Shown: in pieces, positions 12,956 to 23,888 of the stretch
Position numbering within the stretch: position 1 is the stretch's first letter
Layout: the number at the start of each line of letters is the position of its first letter
Source: Pseudogymnoascus verrucosus
Taxonomy: Eukaryota
Strand: one strand, 5' to 3'
NCBI GenBank assembly: GCA_001662655.1
Contig: KV460224.1
DNA length: 64,000 nt
The notes under the pieces: model-generated
What the model was told of the DNA's origin: nothing
Seen by the model: only the letters and a program-made list of their open reading frames with translations
Databases searched by the model: none
Program-made: the position numbers and the translations under genes

Positions 12956-13417
12956 TTTCTGTCGTTTGTAACACCGAGTTTTGTTACTTTAGCTGGCGCG
13001 GGTTGTCAACGGGACTCATTTTGTAGGGAGCAACATTTTCCAATTGAGGAGGGATTAAGATTTGATACCATTTGAGATTATACGAATATATTTGCAAACA
13101 AACACAATTATCCTATCTTTTATCTAGAGACTATTTTCGATGCGAGCAATATTTGTGCTCTATCTGTCATGATCGGCATGTCGTGCATGATTCGAAAGGG
13201 AACGAGGCATATCGAGCACATTAAGTTACCCCACTTAAATAGTTTGCAGTCCAACCAGGTTACAACCCACCATATTTTTGATCAACACCCATAAACCCAG
13301 CCATTTAGTGAGCTGTTTATCTTTTTTGGTTGTGGAATGGCTTTTTACTTTCGCTGCCCGATACTTTACTCGTTGGGCTTTGCTGTGTTTGTCGAGACCT
13401 AGGGTGTAAAGTCTGAT

Positions 13418-15148
13418 ATGCCACCTCCACTTGACTCAAAGAATTCATCATGGGAGTCCACGCCTACCATCTTTCAGCAGGGCGATGCAGAGAAAGGGCA
13501 AGTTGAAGGAAGTTCCAATTCTTACGTTGATGGGAACAACGAAAAGGACGAAAATGATGGCGCAAATACTCCACCATTATCAAATTGGAAAAATGAGAGC
13601 GATGGCGACGTGCCAGCCGAGCTAGACTCTGGGTTCATTGTATGGTGGGATGGGCCAGACGATCCAGAAAACCCCATGAATTGGTCGTCGAGTTGGAAAT
13701 GGGTCAATATCTGTGTTATTTCTGTGATTAGTTTCATCGTGTGAGTGCAATTCGCGACAACTGATAAGTGGGTATACTCGAGCAACAACTAAACCCCAAC
13801 AGTCCCCTCGTCTCCTCCATGATGGCACCAGGCGTCCAGCTCGTAATGGAAGACTTCGAGACCAGTTCCCCCACATTCGCAACTTTCGTTGTATCTATAT
13901 TCGTGCTCGGCTTCGCCTGCGGACCACTCATCCTCGCCCCATTGAGCGAGCTTTATGGCCGGGTGGTCATCTACAATACCACTAATTTGTTCTTCCTCGC
14001 CTTCACCATTCTCTGCGCCGTTTCACAAAACCCGTCTATGCTCCTGGCGTTCCGTTTTCTATCGGGGTTTGCGGGTGTGGCTACCATCACGATCGGATCG
14101 GGGACTATTGCGGATATCATGCCGAGGGAGAAGAGGGGGAAAGCTATGTCGATTTGGTCCGTAGGACCGATTCTTGGACCGATGGTTGGGCCGATTATTG
14201 GGGGGAATGTGGCTGAGGTTGCTGGTTGGAGGTGGATGTTTTGGACTATTTCGATTGTTGTGAGTTCACCAGAGTAAAGTAGCCGGACGGGCGCTGTGTA
14301 CTGATCATTACTAGATTGCTGTTGTAACTATTGCCGCATTCCTCGTCCTCAAAGAGACCTACCCCGTGGTATTACTCGAGAGAAAAGCATCTAAACTCCG
14401 AAAGGTCACTGGAAACCCAAACCACAAATCCAGACTCGCCTCCGACCTCACCCCCAAGAAACTCTTCAAACACAGCATTATCCGCCCCCTAAAAATGCTC
14501 GTCCTCTGTCCCATAGTCACAGTAATGTGCATCTACGTCGCAATCCTCTATGGTATACTATACCTCCTCTTCGCGACCTACTCCTTCGTCTTCCGCCAAA
14601 TCTACGATTTCACAACCGCATCAACCGGCCTCGTCTTCCTCGCCGGCGGACTAGGGACCTTGATAGGTCTCTTCTACGTCGGTTACTTCAGCGATAGAAC
14701 ACTCGTCAAGCGTGCAGCCGCGGGAAAGACAATAGCCCCCGAAGACCGCCTCCCATTCATAATCACCATCCCAGGGTCCCTCACATTCCCCATCGGTCTA
14801 TTCATCTACGGCTGGACGGCTGAAGAACACGTCCACTGGATTGTCCCGCAGATTGGAACGGCGATCACGGGTTTTGGCTCCATCTTGATCTTTGTAGGCA
14901 TCCAAACGTACCTCGTTGATGCATTCGAAGAGTACGCCGCTAGCGTCATTGGTGCAAATGCGGTGCTGAGAGGGACTGCTGGGGCGTTGATTCCGCTTGC
15001 GGGGCTGAGAATGTATGATGGCCTCGGATGGGGGTGGGGGAATAGTTTGCTAGCATTCGTGGCTCTGGCATTTGCTCCGATGCCGTGGGTATTTGGGGTG
15101 TATGGAGCAAGGATAAGGGGTTGGAAAGGGAGCAAGGTCAAATTATGA
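13418..15148 (+). CDS. MFS transporter, drug:H+ antiporter DHA1 family
   Basis: [47 protein letters not shown] motifs. Introns 13741-13802 and 14260-14314. Confidence 0.93.
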
Positions 15149-15211
15149 TATTAGATTTATGTTTGACAAATAATAAAATGAAGTTTTTAAATATTTTTGT
15201 TGTTATTTTTT

Positions 15212-16285
15212 TTATTGTGTTTGAGGAACGCCAAATCTCTCAATAAGCTCGCTCCGCGAAAGATGTTCCAAATTCAACTTCTGCAAATTCCTTCCCGTCT
15301 TCATGTAATCAGCCCCCGATGCCATTTCCGCAAGTGTGATAACAGCCTTAATAGGCGAGGCATCTATCCCCAGCTTCTCCGCCAGACCACACCAGAACAC
15401 CAACAAATCTGGCACATCCTCTGAGATATTCCTATTGTCCATAGTTGGTGGAGCTTTCAACTTATTATGCGGTGGCGAATTCTGCGCCAGGTCCACTAGG
15501 TCGGTGAAAGTCTGATTGTAGCACTTATTCGACGTCTGTGTCACACCGTCGAGCTTGAACCCAAAAGCTTCCCCGATCTCGAGCCGCACCCTGTCAACAG
15601 CGAGCATTGCGTTGGCCACCGAACGTGTCAGCCCATCGTGGTATAATAAGAATTCCCCAGATGTGCTTTCGATCCGGCCAGCGTTCATCAACATCATCAG
15701 AGGGTGGAACACCCCGTTTATATTCGACAGGCAGACTTCAATGACGTTGTGACACCATTTTAGTTCCATAGGAAATATCCGTTGGATCTCGGCGGTAAAT
15801 GAGGGGTTGGAAGAGGTTTGTAAGGCGGCGATGAGGAAGAGATTCTTCTTTCCCATGACGGCTAGCTCCCCTTCCTTCATCCGGCATGAGTATGGTGATA
15901 GGTTTGTTTCGAGGATTGATCCAATCTTCATCTCGGCATCGGCGACGAGAGAGAATAAATTGCCTGGAACTGCAATAACAGTGTGCTGTCGGAGATCAAA
16001 CTGCTTAAACTCCCGCAATACAGTCTCCTGTCCTGTAGACGGCACAGTGAGGATGATGATTTTTGAGAACTCAATGACCTCGGCCATGTCGAATGTGACG
16101 CGAAGAGTAGTAGAACCTTCGATTTTTCCAGTAGCTCGAAGACATCCGTTTTCGACGACATAATTGGCGTGTCGTACATGTGTGGGATGTGAATATACCA
16201 ATACGTTTGTCCCGCGAGAGTCGAGGTCGGCGGCGAGTGCGAATCCAGCGGGGCCGGCGCCGACAATGGAGACCCTTAACTGCAT
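15212..16285 (-). CDS. Opine dehydrogenase family (NAD/NADP octopine/nopaline dehydrogenase-like), intronless
   Basis: Rossmann VSIVGAGPAG at the N-terminus (ATG 16285). SNINGVFHPLMMLMNAGRIE (catalytic His) and RNISEDVP (catalytic Asp) match the Arthrobacter CENDH/octopine dehydrogenase pattern; C-terminal TGRNL..L. Confidence 0.88.
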   Translation of the reverse strand: MQLRVSIVGAGPAGFALAADLDSRGTNVLVYSHPTHVRHANYVVENGCLRATGKIEGSTTLRVTFDMAEVIEFSKIIILTVPSTGQETVLREFKQFDLRQHTVIAVPGNLFSLVADAEMKIGSILETNLSPYSCRMKEGELAVMGKKNLFLIAALQTSSNPSFTAEIQRIFPMELKWCHNVIEVCLSNINGVFHPLMMLMNAGRIESTSGEFLLYHDGLTRSVANAMLAVDRVRLEIGEAFGFKLDGVTQTSNKCYNQTFTDLVDLAQNSPPHNKLKAPPTMDNRNISEDVPDLLVFWCGLAEKLGIDASPIKAVITLAEMASGADYMKTGRNLQKLNLEHLSRSELIERFGVPQTQ

Positions 16286-17012
16286 ATTTGTGAGTGTGTT
16301 GATGTGGTGCTCGAGTGTGTCTGTGAGATTGGTTTGTATATTGTTTATCTTGATGTTGTTATCTTTTAAACAGGGGTGATTCCGTTTATAAATGAGAATG
16401 GGCGATTCACTTTTCCAGGGAATGATATGTGAGTAAAGGCGTGATATGACATTTGCCCCTTCCATAGCTACTCACCCCAACTTTAATATATGTGAATACT
16501 TTACTTTCGGAGTGATTGTGTTGATCAATCTATGTTGGCGGATCACTTATGCGCCAGGAACGGGCAGGTTACTGGCCATAGGCTGCAAGCTTGAGCATGT
16601 TTGCTCCATTTAAATGTGGCTTTTCATGATGATCACCTGCGGAAAAGCGAATGCCGGCCACCCTGGAGGCTTCTCGGCATCAGGTCTAGCTAGCAAGGCA
16701 ACTCTACTTTGGTGTCATCAGCATCTTATTTATCTCACAAGGTAGCTGATACCTTGATGCTGTCCCTCTTATTTTCTCTTCGTATTGCGATAATTCACGG
16801 CTCGGCGCGACAAGGGAGCGGGAGTATGTTTGAGAGTACTGGAGCTGCACAATGCCACGTAGCGCGAGATGAGCATATTATACTGCTGGGCGTATTGCAC
16901 GTAGTGTAATTGCTTGGCTAGAGTTTTAAAAGGCCAATATTGTTATTTCTGGTGGCACAAATTAAAAACTCGGAGGGTGTTGTGGATTATTTTTATAAAT
17001 CTAATGACCCCC

Positions 17013-17789
17013 TTACTTCGTGGCCACCGTGACCAACAACTCCATATCCATCTTAATCCCCTCCTCCGTAGTAATCCTGGCCCATTCCACCTTCATCTCC
17101 TCCCTTGCTTGCGGCCTCAAGTCCAGAGGAATCCCTCCGTATGTCTTCCCCGACGAACTCGTATCCAACCATTCAATCATAGCAGCCCCATCCTTCGCCT
17201 CCTTGACAATAGTATTCACCACAATCTCCCTCTTCTCCAACCCCGCCGCATCAAGCAGACCCTCTATCTCACTTCTCTTCAGGAACTTCGGCCCGCTCGT
17301 TATGGGATACTTGCGGTACGGCTCTCGCGAGAGTACATCCGCCTTGATCTTTTCGTGCGCTGCCTCAAAATCGCCGGATCCCCCTGAAATCCCAACACGT
17401 CCCCCAGACTTCAGCACACGCGCGAATTCTTTCATTGCGGTCGCCTGGTCCTCCACCCAGTGGAACGTAGAGTTCACAAACACCACATCAATGCTGTTGG
17501 ACTCGAAACGTGAGAGGTCCTCGGCGCGGCCAACGTAGAATGAGAGATTTGGTGTGGCGATCTCGTTTGCGAGGGCGATGCGCTCTTTGCTTGGATCGAT
17601 GCCAACAACACTGCCGCTGGGGCCAACAATGCTAGCAATGTGTGCGGTGATATCGCCGGGGCCGCAGCCGACGTCAAGGATGTTGTTTCCGGTGGTGATG
17701 TTCAGTCTTTTGAGGAGGAATTTACCAGCGTCGTATTGGGTGCCGTTGAGAGCTGTGTAGCCTTTTGCTAATTCTTCGGTGTCGGCCAT
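17013..17789 (-). CDS. Class I SAM-dependent methyltransferase, intronless
   Basis: Motif I ILDVGCGPG, VGIDPS, DVVFVNSTFHWV, RVLKSGG. Confidence 0.9.
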   Translation of the reverse strand: MADTEELAKGYTALNGTQYDAGKFLLKRLNITTGNNILDVGCGPGDITAHIASIVGPSGSVVGIDPSKERIALANEIATPNLSFYVGRAEDLSRFESNSIDVVFVNSTFHWVEDQATAMKEFARVLKSGGRVGISGGSGDFEAAHEKIKADVLSREPYRKYPITSGPKFLKRSEIEGLLDAAGLEKREIVVNTIVKEAKDGAAMIEWLDTSSSGKTYGGIPLDLRPQAREEMKVEWARITTEEGIKMDMELLVTVATK

Positions 17790-17920
17790 AGCTGAATTGG
17801 TATGATGTGAGCGTGCTCTGGAGGTGATTTTCAGGTCTGCTTGGGCTGATTGCTCTTGGTATTATTTGGTCTCTGCGGGTGATAGTTACGGATATTATTT
17901 TGTGGTCTCCTGATAGAAAC

Positions 17921-17928
17921 TGAGCAAA
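17921..17928 (-). promoter_or_regulatory. Mac1-type copper-response element (TTTGCTCA)
   Basis: TGAGCAAA on + equals TTTGCTCA on -, an exact S. cerevisiae CuRE consensus, ~130 bp upstream of the methyltransferase ATG. Confidence 0.5.
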
Positions 17929-18077
17929 TACCTGAGCCCGCAGTCTTATACTTCTGCCATGGATTCACTCGAGAACTATTGAAGTGCATCGATTGTGAAT
18001 TAGTGATACCCCTGCCGCTATTCAAAAATTAAATACACCCCATGCCCTGGTACCTGCAGCCCCTGGAGTACCTTAAT

Positions 18078-18119
18078 TGTGCTCAAAGTCGCGCGGACAT
18101 GTGAGGTACTTTGAGCACA
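18078..18119. promoter_or_regulatory. 12-bp inverted repeat made of two Mac1-type CuREs (TGTGCTCA...TGAGCACA) in the divergent methyltransferase/P450 promoter
   Basis: TGTGCTCAAAGT-N18-ACTTTGAGCACA, perfect arms. TGTGCTCA is the motif reported for Aspergillus fumigatus Mac1. Confidence 0.62.
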
Positions 18120-18708
18120 TTGATTGATTATTCGCAATTCCTATCAGAGCTCGGATAAACGCCGATCGAATATGCTAAGCACGAACAATAACCTCAGTAG
18201 GGACAAATAGACCAAATACAGTACAAATTAATAAAGGGGACAGATTCATCTTTACAAACTCGGGATAATGCTCGTAATACCTTAAATTCACTGGCAATCT
18301 ACCTTGGTTGTTAGGGTCAACCTTGAGGGCATATTCTTACGATCTTTGCCTGCCAAGGTAAGCTTTGGATGTCGAGCATATCTACCCAGGTATATCGTCG
18401 TGGATCTTACTTGTAGCGCCAAGGTTACAGAGCACGTATTTTGTATGCATTGTGCAGTTTCAAGAAGAAGGTCAGCCAGTATAACTACCAAGGTGCTTTA
18501 TATAGACTCATAACTTGGTAGATATGCTTATACTGAACCCGTAAGGTTTGTCGAAGTCTCACAGCTTATTCCAACATTACCGGAGCCACGAGCTTAGCAG
18601 GTACAACATCATAATTAATCCCTGATTCAGAAAATCAATTGGAAGCGCACAAACTCACTTTATGGATAGTTGGATATTTCTGAAATTTGCTTCATATAAT
18701 CACTAGTG

Positions 18709-20396
18709 ATGATCAGTCAATTCTCTGTGGCGTCAATAGCCACGACAGCTGCTCTCCTCGTGAGTTAATCACTTAGATTTGAGAAATCTTGCTCATTATC
18801 ACTAGGTCGTTGCTGCCCTTCTGCTCCAGATCATCCAGAGGCTTTTCTTTCACCCTCTTCGCTCAGCCCCCGGACCATGGGCAAACAGAGTTTCTGATAT
18901 TCCTGCCACCATTGCTTTGGTCACGGGAAACCAGCACACATACTACAGGTCATTGCACGAAAAATATGGCCCAATCGTGCGAGTCTCCCCCGGAGAACTC
19001 AGCTTCGTCAGTGTTGAAGCACGGGAAGAAATTTACGGTCTACGAGTAAGTTAAGCCCCAAATAAACAAAATCCGAGCTAATCAACCCGTAGAAAGGTGG
19101 TCTGAACATGGAAAAGAGTGCTATCTTCCTCGGAGCCGTGGGCAGTGTCGAGGGTCAGACTGGAGTGAGTCTGGCTCTCAATGCAGAACACACTCGCCAG
19201 CGTAGGGCATTGGGTTACCTATTCACGAACACGGCGTTACTCCAGCATGAAAGCTTACTTCGACTCCATGTTAATAAGCTGGTTGCCGTACTCAAGAAAA
19301 AGGCAGCTGCAAACCAGCCCGTGGACGTCTCAAGTTGGTGTAAGCCACCCCCAATCATCACTTCCCACGATCACCTAACTAATAACATACAGTCACCTAC
19401 ATCTCCTTTGATGTAATGGGCGACCTCTGCTTCGCCGAACCCTTCGGCTGCCTCGACCAGGCCTCAGCAACAGAATGGTCCACTTCGGTCATCAACGTCT
19501 TCATAGCCGCCACCTGGACCCAAGGAATCCGCCGCCTCTGCGGCGTAGGCACCCTTCTCGAGTCCCTCGCAACCAAACTACTCGTCCCCGCCAAAGCCGC
19601 ACAATGGCGAAACACCCACCTCAACAACTCACGGGAGAAGACAGCAAAACGTCTCGCAGACGGAGACCGTGAACACACAGATTTCATCTACCAGATCCTC
19701 AAACACAATGAAGCCAAGAACTCCCTTTCAGACACAGAAATCAAACTCAACATGGCCCTCTTCATCAGTGCTGGCACGGACACAACAGCCACCACTCTAA
19801 CGGGGTGGACATACTACATCTGCACTCACCCCACCGTTTACGCACGTGTCGTATCTGAGATCCGCTCCGCCATCCCAGACGCAGAAGACATCAAGTGGGA
19901 AAACGTCCGAAACCTCCGCTATCTTGAAGCAACCATCCACGAAGCGCTCCGCCTCTTTCCGCCCTCGGGTGCGAGCCAGCAGCGCATCGTCCCCCGTGGC
20001 GGCGCGACGATCGATGGCTTCTACGTCCCAGCCGGCACGACCGTTGCTGTCTCCCCATGGGCATCAACGCGTTCAAAACTAAATTTCCATGACCCTGACG
20101 ATTTTAGGCCCGAGCGGTGGCTCAGCGAGGGAGAGGAATACGCGAATGACCGACTCGGTGCATCGTTACCATTCGGCACTGGACCGAGAGTGTGCATTGG
20201 GCGGAACCTGGCGTATATGGAGATGCGGCTTGTAGCGGCACATTTGCTGTGGAGTTTTGACATGGCGATTGATCGGGGGAGGTATGAGGGAGAGAATAGT
20301 GCCTGGGGGTTTGAGAGGAGGATGAAAACGCAGAAAGTGTTTCACTCTATGACGAAGCCGGAGTTGTGGGTGGGGTTGAAGGAGGTTGACCGGTGA
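18709..20396 (+). CDS. Cytochrome P450 (secondary-metabolism type, resembles the Tri11/CYP65-like group)
   Basis: N-terminal TM then HPLRSAPGP; I-helix AGTDTT, EALR, PERW, heme FGTGPRVCIG. Introns 18760-18805, ~19046-19092 and ~19339-19392. Confidence 0.93.
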
Positions 20397-21997
20397 GGTG
20401 GGTAGTTTGGGATAGAGTTGAGAAAAATTGAGAATCGTGGAGACTGTCCCGAACCTTCTATGGAGTGCCAAATACACTGGAAACAGCCTGGTCAATGTTA
20501 GGCTAGCTACTCAGCGCCGAGGTTGGAAGCTAAGCTTCTCATATCGAAACATTGGCAAGTTGGTGTATTCATCATCGCCGTACTTAAACCAGACTAAAAG
20601 TATATCCATCACATACGACCATAGACTCAAGATAATTGGGCATCCCATCCGCTCTGCCATACACAAGCTTGCGTATCCTAGATAAATAGTTTTAACCCTG
20701 CCAATAGGCATATCCCGGAATCTCGACCCTTGCCGCCTGAAGGGTGGGGGGGCGGGAGCAGGGTGAGCTGGGGAGGTAATCAAGGTGAGTGGGGTGAGGC
20801 GGAGCAACTTTTTCGTGCCAATTTGTGCCTTTCTCTTATTTTTCATGTGAGCCATAAGTCCCAAAAGTACAGAGGTGCCACGCAAACCACAAGAGACTAA
20901 ATTAATAGCAGGATATAAAGCGGTAACTCTATTTCTGAAGCTCGTGTGATTTTTGGCGTTGGTTCTATCTGTTAGAGGTTTGCTGTAGTATGGCGAGTAT
21001 TGAGTAACATTTGCATTCTCCTCGCCACGTGTGTAGAATAGTCAGCTATCAGTTGCAGTCCAGCTAATGTACGCCAGCCCTGCGTACAGGAACCCGCGGG
21101 GTTCCACGGGGATTCTAACCGCGTGATCTTTTAATGCCCCCCTATAGTAAAAGCTACAAGGCTAGGGTTATAGAAACTATACCTAATTAGGTCATGTTAT
21201 GGGCACCGCAATGTTCATTTCGCCGAAGACCTTCGGCGTTTCACTATCGGCATCCGAAAAGATAAGGGACGATTACATGTATCTCCTCCGCGTCTCCACG
21301 ATTTTTGGGCCAGAATCCAGGAGTTTCAGAGAATTTGTTCATTTATCCCGTGAGGTGTCTTTAACCCTAGAGGATCCGTTCAACTACTTGCAGGCAAACG
21401 TACCCTCCTCCCGCCCCCTCCCGTGTCTTTTTACAGAGTAGTACTATAACCCCGGCAAAATTCAGCGGCCTGGCGTCGATCTCCTCCTTCCCCTTTCACA
21501 GTTCCATACTATAGCCCCACTATGTGCCGCGTATTATGTCGCATCCTCAACTTAGATGCAAAAAATAATGGTTGGGTGTTAAAGAAAAGGTACTGTCACA
21601 AGCTATTTCTTTATTAATATGTCCTTCGATTATTCGTCGATTTACTCTGAACCTCTAGACATGTGCCCCTCGGCAGAACCTTAACGGCTTACTAGATATC
21701 CCTTAATTAGTAATTTTGTAGGGAACTATGCATTGTCTTCCTACCACCTCTGAGCCCAGTTATTACCCCAGGCGGGGAAAAGTGCGGAGAAAAGTATGCG
21801 GGGAGAAGTGTGCGGGGTTGATAGGAATACGATGTTGGGCACTGGAAACACACTATCACAAGCAATTTCTTCGATTGATAGTTGCATTGTTTCGTTGGCG
21901 CAATTTTTATATATTAATTCGCAATATCCTCGATATCGTCTTTGTTCGTTGATTGTCAATACCTTTAGATATCTCCATACTTCGGCGCATCTTCACA

Positions 21998-23374
21998 ATG
22001 GGATCCCTTCTTCAAGTTGGGTTCGGGTTTACAAGCCTGGTCTTTTTTCTTCAATTGGTCCTCGCTCGTTCCCTCCCTTTAACACCGCCTGTTTGGGACC
22101 GATCGGCACCGATTTATCCTAGTGACGACCCCTTCTACTTCCCACCTGACGGTTATGAGAGTTCGGCTCCTGGGACGATTCTGCGGTCAAGGACTGTTCC
22201 TAACTCTCTATCACTTTTCACCGTTCTTCCCATCAACATCCAAGGCGCATACCAGCTTCTTTACCGGACTACAGACAGTCTAGGAAATGCTCAAGCGTCA
22301 GTCACCACTGTCATTGTCCCACATAATGCAGATACAAGAAAGCTGCTATCCTACCAATTTGCTGAGGATGCCTCCTGGGTAAACTGCGCTCCTTCATACG
22401 CACTCCAGAACGGTGCCGAATTTTTAAATACCGGTAGTAGCGTCGCTGAGGTTCTCCTCGTCATTGCTGCTCTGGATCAGGGATGGATTGTCAATACGCC
22501 TGACTACGAAGGTCCTCAAGCCGCATTCACGTCCGGCATCCAAGCCGGTCAAGCGACTCTCGACTCTGTGCGCGCGGCCCTTGCCTCTGGTGATATAACT
22601 GGGGTTTCATCCTCAGCTACATACCAAATGTGGGGATACTCTGGCGGCTCCCTTGCTTCGGAATGGGCAGCAGAACTGCAACCCAGCTATGCTCCCGAGC
22701 TTAATTTCGCCGGCGTCGCTCTAAATAGCCTGGTTCCAAACATCTCATCGGTCTTAAGAACCATTAATAAAGGCCCATTCGCTGGCTTTGCCCCCGCTGG
22801 CATTCTTGGCCTTGCTTCAGCCTACCCCGATCTCGCTGTCCTACTCAACGATAGCCTCATCCCATCTAAAGCAGACAACTTTAATAGGGCCAAAACTCAG
22901 TGTTTGGATAAGGGTATACTTGACTATGCTGGCGACGATATATTTTCTTATTTTAAGGATGGAGATGCTTTCTTGTCAAGCTCTATCCCTCAAGCGATCC
23001 TCGCTGAAACTGGCTTAATGGGAACGCACGGAACCCCTCAAATGCCCATGTTCATTGTTAAAGCCATCGCGGACGAAGTTTCTGTGGTTGCTGACACCGA
23101 TGCCCTGGTGAAGAAGCTCTGCTCACAGGGAGCACAAATCGAATATGTCAGGGATGGACTTGGGGAACATGTCACCGAGCTTATCACCGGAGCAGGTGAT
23201 GCATTCGTGTTTTTGAAGAATAGATTTGACGGTGTTCCAGCACATGCGGGGTGCAGAACCAGAAACGTTTTGTCCGCTTCATTTAACTTAAAAGCTATCG
23301 AGGCATTAGGCTTAACTATAGTTGAGGCTTTGTTAGCTATTTTAGCTCTGCCAATTGGCAAAATAGGTTTATAA
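21998..23374 (+). CDS. Secretory lipase (LIP/CalA-like family)
   Basis: Signal peptide; PSDDPFY, YQLLYRTT, CAPSY, PDYEGP, nucleophile GYSGG, EH. Intronless. Confidence 0.92.
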   Translation: MGSLLQVGFGFTSLVFFLQLVLARSLPLTPPVWDRSAPIYPSDDPFYFPPDGYESSAPGTILRSRTVPNSLSLFTVLPINIQGAYQLLYRTTDSLGNAQASVTTVIVPHNADTRKLLSYQFAEDASWVNCAPSYALQNGAEFLNTGSSVAEVLLVIAALDQGWIVNTPDYEGPQAAFTSGIQAGQATLDSVRAALASGDITGVSSSATYQMWGYSGGSLASEWAAELQPSYAPELNFAGVALNSLVPNISSVLRTINKGPFAGFAPAGILGLASAYPDLAVLLNDSLIPSKADNFNRAKTQCLDKGILDYAGDDIFSYFKDGDAFLSSSIPQAILAETGLMGTHGTPQMPMFIVKAIADEVSVVADTDALVKKLCSQGAQIEYVRDGLGEHVTELITGAGDAFVFLKNRFDGVPAHAGCRTRNVLSASFNLKAIEALGLTIVEALLAILALPIGKIGL

Positions 23375-23803
23375 GATTATTTCAATATTATAAAAGTAAT
23401 CCGAGCCTTTTGTCGCCATAAAGATTATCTTCGGGTGAAGCGAGGCCTACCAACAAGAGGGTCAATTATCTCGGAAAGAAGTGAAGATTGTAGGTCTGGT
23501 TGCATTTTCAGTTTGGATGTGAGTATGAAGAAGATAATAGGCAGTGGTGGTCAGAAGAAGGACACTCCCCTCTCTGCAGTTTATATGGTTTCTCCGTGCC
23601 GCATACTCCAAGAGCTCTAGTAAGTCAGCGGGGGGGTGAGAGTGAATAAGTTACTTGGAGCCAGTGAGACTTTATTTTGATACTTCTTTCTTACTTCCTC
23701 TAAATTTCGATGGGGAACTCACTGCCCGCATCTGAGAACTCATCTCGCAGGAAGCAGCTTGTGGCTAATCAGTTTCTCAGTTGATATTCAACTCGCGACT
23801 GTA

Positions 23804-23888
23804 CCATTCAGCTCCTATGAGCCTCATAGGAGCTGAATGGCTACTCTTCGTACATGTCCTCATACTATGAGGACATGTACGAAGAGTA
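23804..23888. repeat. Two adjacent perfect palindromes (18-bp and 23-bp arms, 1-nt centres)
   Basis: CCATTCAGCTCCTATGAG-C-CTCATAGGAGCTGAATGG (23804-23840) and TACTCTTCGTACATGTCCTCATA-C-TATGAGGACATGTACGAAGAGTA (23842-23888). Confidence 0.95.

Noticed and set aside
17013..17789. Methyltransferase as a nicotianamine synthase/CntL equivalent
   Set aside because: Only generic class I MT motifs are visible and no NAS-specific features were recognised.
21998..23374. Lipase as part of the opine cluster
   Set aside because: Separated by 1.6 kb of TA-rich, possibly decayed DNA; I saw no paired CuRE-like motif and there is no chemical rationale.
23804..23888. CRISPR array or rho-independent terminators
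   Set aside because: Eukaryotic context, no repeat-spacer periodicity and no U-tracts.
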